In this document: positions 57,817 to 64,000 of the stretch, piece after piece | How positions within the stretch are numbered: the first letter of the stretch is position 1 | Layout: every line of letters starts with the position of its first letter | Origin: Hormiphora californensis | Taxonomy: Eukaryota > Animalia > Ctenophora | Length of the DNA stretch: 64,000 nt | Direction: 5' to 3' | Assembly: GCA_020137815.1 (NCBI GenBank) | Contig: CM035352.1 | Span: 6,820,001-6,884,000, forward strand | Program-made: the position numbers and the translations under genes | Notes under the pieces: model-generated | Seen by the model: only the letters and a program-made list of their open reading frames with translations | Told to the model about the DNA's origin: nothing | Database searches by the model: none

Positions 57817-58034
57817 CTGGAAGAATTGTCAGTCAGGGACGTGTTCGGGGATTTCGAACAGGGCTATAATTATATTCTAAACTTTGCATCTATCTTTATA
57901 GTTTTAAACCGATAACAGCTACAATGACAAAGAAATATTAATTTACCCTCGAATAAAAAGAATCACTTGGGAGATAAAATTAAAATTTCGCACACACATA
58001 GACAGCACACAGGTACGCACAAAGAAGATAAAGT

Positions 58035-58258
58035 TCAAATTTTGAAATTTGGAGAGCACGCCAGAGTGTGACGCTTTTGGTTGTCAATCCGTGCAAACAT
58101 TTTCCTGCACTTTGGACAAGAGTACTTTTTGATTTTCAGGTGAACCGTTCGAATGTGGAGTCGACGATGGGATATTCGGTGCGGTCCAAAAAACTGCCGA
58201 CCACAGTACTCGCAATAGACAAACAGTTCCCCGTCTCCACTCTGTAATTGTTCTGGTT
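58035..58258 (-). CDS. Two-ZnF cassette (CEYC / CPKC..HTLAC)
   Basis: tagtttcag|AA phase 1. Confidence 0.82.
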
Positions 58259-58269
58259 CTGAAACTAGA

Positions 58270-58457
58270 TCACTTTCGTTTAGAGCACGATTTTGACTGA
58301 TGTCTGTTCTTAGTGCCAGGTTGCGTAAAAGCTTTCCCACAGTACTCGCAATGGAAAGATTTGATTTTTAAATGTACAGTTTTGATGTGCATTTTAAGAT
58401 GAGAATTCCTGCTCACGCCGACGAATCTCTTTTTGCAGTACATACACTGAGCATCAT
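58270..58457 (-). CDS. Two-ZnF cassette (CMYC / CEYC..HQSKSC)
   Basis: atttctttcag|AT phase 1. Confidence 0.87.
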
Positions 58458-58694
58458 CTGAAAGAAATATAGAACTACTCAGCAATCAAATTCAGAGGGA
58501 CAAAGACATGCATTTGTTGGAGTATTCCCCACTTATTGGGTATTTAGTCCCTTTAACAATAATGATCTAGCTACAATCCTATATTTCTGAGCATGCCGGG
58601 TGATTGTTTCTTTTTAAAAGTTCTAAACAAGTTTTCCGGTGAAAATTCAACCCCGTTATATCGTGGTATAACGGTTGTGCAGGTGAAAATGAGT

Positions 58695-58918
58695 TCAAGG
58701 AAGGATAAAATCCACATTGCATATTTTGAGGTGCCTAGTCTTGCTGCTTAGATGACTGAACTTTCGGCCACATTTCTCGCAAATGAAAGGCTGTAGTCTC
58801 AGGTGAACCGCCTGGTAGTGTCTCCGATAATCGGAGGCGCTGAGAAACTGCCGCGAACAAATGGAACAACAAGTCCGGCCGGTTGCTCTGCCGGTTCCAC
58901 GTTTACCACCACCTCCTC
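58695..58918 (-). CDS. Two-ZnF cassette (CSIC / CEKC..HLKIC)
   Basis: ccctctcccag|GA phase 1. Confidence 0.85.
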
Positions 58919-59190
58919 CTGGGAGAGGGCGGGGATTTTTTAAACACACGTGACACGGGGGACAAAGGAGAAAATAACGGTTTAAAAGTAGGAAATATCA
59001 AATGACTAATACATTTAGATGATTATAGATCTGCGGAAATTTCCGTCGAAAAAAAGGTTCTACCCTGGTCCCCCTTTATTAAATTCGGTAAAGATTATAC
59101 AGTGTTTCAGCAACGATTATGCAGTGGATCAAAAGTGATTCTGCGGGGACTATAAAGTGTATTGGTAAGATAATAACGCAATTGCTGAGT

Positions 59191-59567
59191 TTACATGAGC
59201 TCCCCGTTGGTCCGCGCCACTCTGACTCTCTGGGCTGTAGCTGGGGTGGCCAGAATCCTCTCAGCCTCCTTCTTCACCTTCTGAACAGTCCACCCGGTAC
59301 GGCTGCAGAGTAGTTGATGAAGGGTTGTAGGGTCCGCCAGGGCTAGCTCCGCAATGGACTTCCCGTCGTAGAAGGTTCTAACTGGAATGCCTGTAGCAGT
59401 AAGGGCGTCCGCAATACAACCGCCCGTCTGCTGCCTGTAAGCCATCACTTTGTTGTAACGCACCAGAGCTCTCCCCGGGATGGTATTTCTTCCAAAACTG
59501 GGTGTAGTAGCACGAGTCATATCTACATCTGGACAGAATACTCCATTTACAGCTCCCATCTGCCGGC
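59191..59567 (-). CDS. Cassette exon with a CCDC106-like helical domain
   Basis: cttctctcaaatcag|GC phase 1 in frame; LVRYNKVM..CIADAL..GIPVRTF..SIAELALADP resembles, by recall, CCDC106 (LFRYKKIL..SMSRAF..RNT..PIAELLIVAP). Confidence 0.65.
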
Positions 59568-59922
59568 CTGATTTGAGAGAAGACCAAATTGCAACGTTAT
59601 CATAGTCTCCCTGCCTAATTCGCTACTCTGGACTGGAATGGGGTTCTAATCATTTTTCGTAGAATCCGTTGCATGATCCTTGGCAAAACACTGTATAATG
59701 CCTTTCGAATTTTGAAATTGAGGACCCGGCTAGTACCAAAAACACCGTCAGAATAAGTAATAGAAAACATATTTTACTGGCAATAGTGTCCGTACATAAC
59801 AAGTGTAGAAGAGAAAAACTGCACACTCTTCTTCTCAAAGATTCTCAAAAAACAGACACCTTATGTGATATAAAATATCCATCCACTCAGACTCAGACCC
59901 CTAGTGAGCAGTAATGCGATAT

Positions 59923-60110
59923 TCAAGCTAATCTGCAGCGAGCCTGGTGCATTTTGCGGTTGCTATCCTGTGCAAATAACTTCCCACAGACACGGCATTG
60001 GAATTCCTTAATTTTAAGATGCACTCCCTTGTAGTGTCGGCGGTAATGGTACAGACCCTGTGTCCCATTAAAGACTCGATCGCAAATTTTACACTTTAGC
60101 ACCGTAGGCC
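59923..60110 (-). CDS. Two-ZnF cassette (CKIC / CRVC..HQARC); not in the ORF track
   Basis: caacctctag|GG phase 1, own stop. Confidence 0.86.
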
Positions 60111-60177
60111 CTAGAGGTTGGGGACAACATAATGCACTTTAGATTGGGAAGGAAATAATTTGGAGCTGCTATCTATT

Positions 60178-60389
60178 CTATTGGTCCAGGGCGATAAAAC
60201 CCCTCGCTTTACAAGAATTTTGCTCGTGACGTTGACGATGGGTGGAGGTACCGAAGCCCTTTAAGCAGTATCTACAGAGGTTTTGCCTACGTCGTTGGTG
60301 GACTGTCTGTATGTGCCGTTTAACACTGGACACAGCGGTAAAGAATTTCCCACAAAACTCACAGGACAAGTTCGTTGGAGTTAGTGCGC
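60178..60389 (-). CDS. Two-ZnF cassette (CEFC / CRYC..HEQNSC)
   Basis: atttttccag|GC phase 1. Confidence 0.87.
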
Positions 60390-60413
60390 CTGGAAAAATG
60401 AATTTACATAACT

Positions 60414-60583
60414 CTAACGTCGGCATGAAAACGCATGCTTTTTTAGATCCGACTTTTGATAAAACCTACGACCACAAATCGGACAAGGGAAGTTTTTGAT
60501 TCCGAGGTGCACGACTTTGTAATGCCTTTTCACTTGATACGATCCTTGGTAAACTTTCTGGCACTCAGGGCAAGAATAGCTGC
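60414..60583 (-). CDS. Two-ZnF cassette (CPEC / CPIC..HAFSC)
   Basis: gtttttcag|GC phase 1. Confidence 0.87.
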
Positions 60584-60618
60584 CTGAAAAACACACAGGA
60601 GGGATCGGGGAGGGAGAT

Positions 60619-60842
60619 TTAGGAGGGAGGTGGTAGACGGGGTTGCAACAAGAGATCCTTAGATTTAGCAGATTTAGCAATCAGACAGTTCTTGGACTCG
60701 TGTCTTGATAGACTCGGCATGGTGCCAAAAGTTTTGCTGCAGTATTTGCATGCGTAGGGTCGCATTTGAAGATGGACGGCTATAACGTGCTGTCTAAGGT
60801 ATCTCACTTGGGTGAATTCCTTGCCACAGAACGCACACTCTT
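60619..60842 (-). CDS. Two-ZnF cassette (CAFC / CKYC..HESKNC)
   Basis: gtactttcag|AA phase 1. Confidence 0.87.
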
Positions 60843-60894
60843 CTGAAAGTACACACACGTCACACACACGTAAAACACAATAATATAACATATG

Positions 60895-61073
60895 TTAGGA
60901 AGGGGGATGTCGAGATGATATGTGTTCTTTTAGATGCGCCTTCCGCTTAAACGAAAAACCACATTCGATACACTTGAATTTTCGAATCTGGAGGTGCACA
61001 TTTTGCTCATGTCGCCGTCGGTTGGACGTACTTGAGAGGCCCAAAAATTCCATGCCACAAAAACTACACTTGC
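60895..61073 (-). CDS. Two-ZnF cassette (CSFC / CIEC)
   Basis: ctctttttag|GC phase 1. Confidence 0.87.
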
Positions 61074-61118
61074 CTAAAAAGAGAGAAGAAAAAGTCAACC
61101 CGATGGTGGTATTTAGAT

Positions 61119-61312
61119 TTATTTGTGAAGGGCAATCATGTGCCTTCGAAGGTTGAAAGATCGAGTAAAGGGCCTACTGCAGATAGGGCAATAAATAACT
61201 TTCTCTCGTGGTCTTGGACACACAGCCGCACTGTGAATATACAAGTTGTGCCGCTTTGCTGCTTGGGCGGTTGAAAATTCCCTCTCACATATATCACACC
61301 ACCTGTCACCGT
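61119..61312 (-). CDS. Two-ZnF cassette (CDIC / CPIC)
   Basis: cccacttag|AC phase 1 (alternative phase-1 acceptor at 61333). Confidence 0.83.
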
Positions 61313-61379
61313 CTAAGTGGGAGTGGTGGTGTTCTAGTTTACAGATCATTCATTATACAATCAACACAAATCAGGGGAC

Positions 61380-61621
61380 TTAATCAAGAGGAGGAGGGGG
61401 AGGAGGCAAGTCACTGGTATTAGTATTTCGCGTGGTTCGCATGGTGCCAATATTGTGTTGTGTAACTAAGTGTTCCTTGAGGTGATAATTTCTCTTAAAC
61501 GCTGAACCACACACTTCACACTTAAAATTTCTAATCTGTAAGTGGACGTTGTGTTCGTGACGGCGTCTCGATTGGATTCCGCCCCGGCCCAGAAACTCAC
61601 GGCCACAATATCGACAACACC
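61380..61621 (-). CDS. Two-ZnF cassette (CRYC / CEVC)
   Basis: ctttctatctag|GG phase 1. Confidence 0.87.
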
Positions 61622-61770
61622 CTAGATAGAAAGAAGAGAGATTCACTATCTGCTGAACTTAGAAAACAGAGGGGTGTATCTTCGTCCTAACCCTATAAAC
61701 ACACACACACACACACACAAACGATAATATAAACACTCACAAGATAGATTAATGTTGGTGATGTTTTTGA

Positions 61771-61961
61771 CTAATTGTCTAAAAGTACGTTATGCTGAGA
61801 TTGTAAGTGTCTTCGAAGGCTACATCGCCTTGAAAAGCTTTTCCCGGTTTTGCAAATTGGACAGAATATTTGGCGGACTGGAGCGTGAACTGATCCCATG
61901 TGAAGTCTTGCCGCTCCAACCGTGCTAAATACTTTTCCACAAACCGTACACGACTTGCTAC
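61771..61961 (-). CDS. Two-ZnF cassette (CTVC / CPIC)
   Basis: tgtgtgcag|GT phase 1. Confidence 0.86.
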
Positions 61962-62036
61962 CTGCACACATACAACACTCGTGTCACAACAATAAAGCTA
62001 ACTCGGGATTCTGTCCAAAATTCTCAAATCTCAGCC

Positions 62037-62233
62037 TCAAGACCGGGAAGTCTCAAGACCATGAAGATTTCTAACGTGAACTCGGAAATTATCCAGCCTG
62101 TTCAGAATTTTTCCGCAAAGAGGACACTCGTATCGTTTTGGGGTCTGGTGGATGTTGGTGAGATGACGTTTCGCGGCTCCCGGGCAGCTGAACCGCTTGC
62201 TGCAGATTTGGCACATCACTTTTTCTATGTAAC
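62037..62233 (-). CDS. Two-ZnF cassette (CQIC / CPLC)
   Basis: cttttactag|GT phase 1. Confidence 0.86.
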
Positions 62234-62348
62234 CTAGTAAAAGATGTGTGCAAAAAATAAATAAAAACTAAATTAAGATGGGAATGTACACTCACTTTCT
62301 AGCGAACAAATTAAATTGTTTATATTTTTTCAAGGAAAACTTTTTTCG

Positions 62349-62537
62349 CTAAAGATCATAGTTTCTATGGTGGGCACGTCTGTAATGGTCTCTCAGAGTT
62401 TCTTTACGAATGAATGTTTTCCGACAAATGGAACAGACAAAGTTTCTCTCTCTCAAATGAACCTCCTTGATATGTCGATTGATTTTCCATTTGCTGGCAT
62501 TTTGGTAATCGCAGGAGGGGCATCCCTTCAACCGGAC
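62349..62537 (-). CDS. Two-ZnF cassette (CPSC / CSIC); phase 1 requires removing one base (possible GGG homopolymer error)
   Basis: Fingers are clear; the acceptor frame is ambiguous as assembled. Confidence 0.75.
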   Translation of the reverse strand, partial: VRLKGCPSCDYQNASKWKINRHIKEVHLRERNFVCSICRKTFIRKETLRDHYRRAHHRNYDL

Positions 62538-62585
62538 CTGGCACTGTGATCACCACCCAACACTGCACACACAAACATACGGGTG

Positions 62586-62827
62586 TTAGTCAACCATAAG
62601 AACACCGGGAGGCAGTGGTTTGGCTGAACCGTTATGTACACTTCGCACGTGTCTCGCTAGGTTCTCATTTCTACTAAAAGTTTTCTCGCATATGTTACAC
62701 TTGAATTGGCGTAGTTTTAGGTGGACTTCAGAGAGATGGCGACGAAGGGCTGCTTTGGGGACGGAAGAGCCCCCGGCTCCCCGGAACAGTGCCGTGCAAC
62801 CCGGGTAGGGGCACCGCTGTACTGATT
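62586..62827 (-). CDS. Two-ZnF cassette (CPYPGC / CNIC); not in the ORF track
   Basis: ttttcttccag|AA phase 1, own stop. Confidence 0.86.
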
Positions 62828-62998
62828 CTGGAAGAAAAATTAAAAACGATAAATGTATTGTGGGACGAATTTAAGAAGTGTATAGAATTACATTATAGAC
62901 TAGTTACACACGTACAGACACTGTGCTATTCACTCTCTCTCTCTCGCTCATTAATTATATCTCGCAAGATTACATATGTCACCATTTAATTAAATTAA

Positions 62999-63207
62999 TC
63001 ACGGGAGGGGTGCTAGGCTGTGTGCAATAAATTGATGTCGTGTAAGAGTCTCTTTTCGTTTGAAAGAACAATGACAAAGATCACACGTAAAACGGCGCTG
63101 TTCAGTGTGCACTTCACGGATGTGTCTCTTCAAAATCCACCTTCGCCGGCTCACATTTCCCTTGGTATTCGCAAGGAAGGGGCAGTAGGGACATGGAATA
63201 CTATCAG
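62999..63207 (-). CDS. Two-ZnF cassette (CPYC / CDLC)
   Basis: catatttcag|CT phase 1. Confidence 0.86.
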
Positions 63208-63281
63208 CTGAAATATGGGACCAAGATATATATAACACTTTGTATGTGGACGCTCTAAATATTTAATATGTCACACTAAAT

Positions 63282-63448
63282 TTATTCGCTGTGGATATTT
63301 TGCATGTGTCTCTTTAGCACGTCTTTCCTAGCAAAAGCCTTTTGACAAAGTCTACAAATGTTCGATCGTTGATTAAGATGGCGGACCCGGATGTGACGGC
63401 GGAGGCCCGCTGAAGTACTGTAAACATTGTTACATATCTCACACACTA
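63282..63448 (-). CDS. Two-ZnF cassette (CEIC / CRLC); not in the ORF track
   Basis: acatttcag|TA phase 1; the stop lies within AATAAA. Confidence 0.86.
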
Positions 63449-63462
63449 CTGAAATGTTTATA

Positions 63463-63641
63463 TCATGAGGGGGTAGGAGGAGGGTGCTTCACACGCACGT
63501 GCCTATTCCGAACATCACTACGAGAAAATGATTTAGGACAATGCGGGCAGCAGTGGGACCGGACTTCGCTGTGTACAGTTTTTATATGCCGTCTCAGATC
63601 GCCAATTCGCTTCAGCACCTTGTTACACAGGGGGCACGGCC
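63463..63641 (-). CDS. Two-ZnF cassette (CPLC / CPHC)
   Basis: ttattctcgcag|GG phase 1. Confidence 0.87.
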
Positions 63642-63728
63642 CTGCGAGAATAATACGGGGGATCACTGAGTCTATGAGTTTTAGAAGTTGAGAGATCAGT
63701 TTAGAGGTGAAGTTGAGATCTACCCAGA

Positions 63729-63907
63729 TTAGAGTTGGACCTTGTGGACCACTTTAGCGTGTCTCGTTACACTGGATTTTCGTGTAAATTCCTTCTCGCA
63801 AATATGACATATAAATATATTCGATCGCTCGTGAACATCTTTTATGTGGTAGCTTAATCGGTGCTGGGACGGATATCGCTTGTGGCAGTGCGGGCATTCA
63901 AAGTCGC
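63729..63907 (-). CDS. Two-ZnF cassette (CPHC / CHIC); not in the ORF track
   Basis: ctcctttttcag|GC phase 1, own stop. Confidence 0.87.
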
Positions 63908-64000
63908 CTGAAAAAGGAGGAGGGGGAGAAATTTACCAAAAGTGTGCGGGGGACAATCTATGTTTGACAGGAGAAGTTGTGTGTGTTCCTACCTCCTGCG

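Noticed and set aside
50159-63907. A single poly-zinc-finger gene with many constitutive exons, or a field of ZnF pseudogenes
   Set aside because: Each unit ends in a stop and lacks a donor; acceptors, phase and Zn ligands are conserved despite strong divergence
50159-63907. Operon of independent micro-genes each receiving only a spliced leader
   Set aside because: Most units have no ATG between the acceptor and finger 1, and a non-coding leader would not impose a uniform phase 1; not fully excluded without RNA data

Overview
Eukaryotic (animal) genomic DNA with GT-AG introns, many CT/AG microsatellites and MITEs. The repeat style is reminiscent of a cydippid ctenophore, but that is only an inference. 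Scattered 1-nt indels suggest an imperfectly polished long-read assembly. Left to right: (1) an SFT2 vesicle-transport gene (+) with a duplicated first coding exon; (2) a six-copy head-to-tail Helitron array; (3) a multi-exon plant-type C2-domain phospholipase D gene (-); (4) a repeat-rich spacer; (5) a 20-kb replication-dependent histone cluster of 19 genes (5 H4, 3 H3, 4 H2A, 5 H2B, 2 H1), mostly in divergent pairs with 3' stem-loops; (6) a MITE nest. The main discovery is at about 47.5-64 kb (-): an array of about 37 short two-zinc-finger cassettes plus two CCDC106-like cassettes. Each has its own pyrimidine-rich AG splice acceptor, almost always in phase 1, and its own stop codon, and none has a conserved start. 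This looks like a very large bank of mutually exclusive alternative 3'-terminal DNA-binding-domain exons (lola/mod(mdg4)-like architecture). The shared 5' exon(s) lie outside the window or are supplied in trans.
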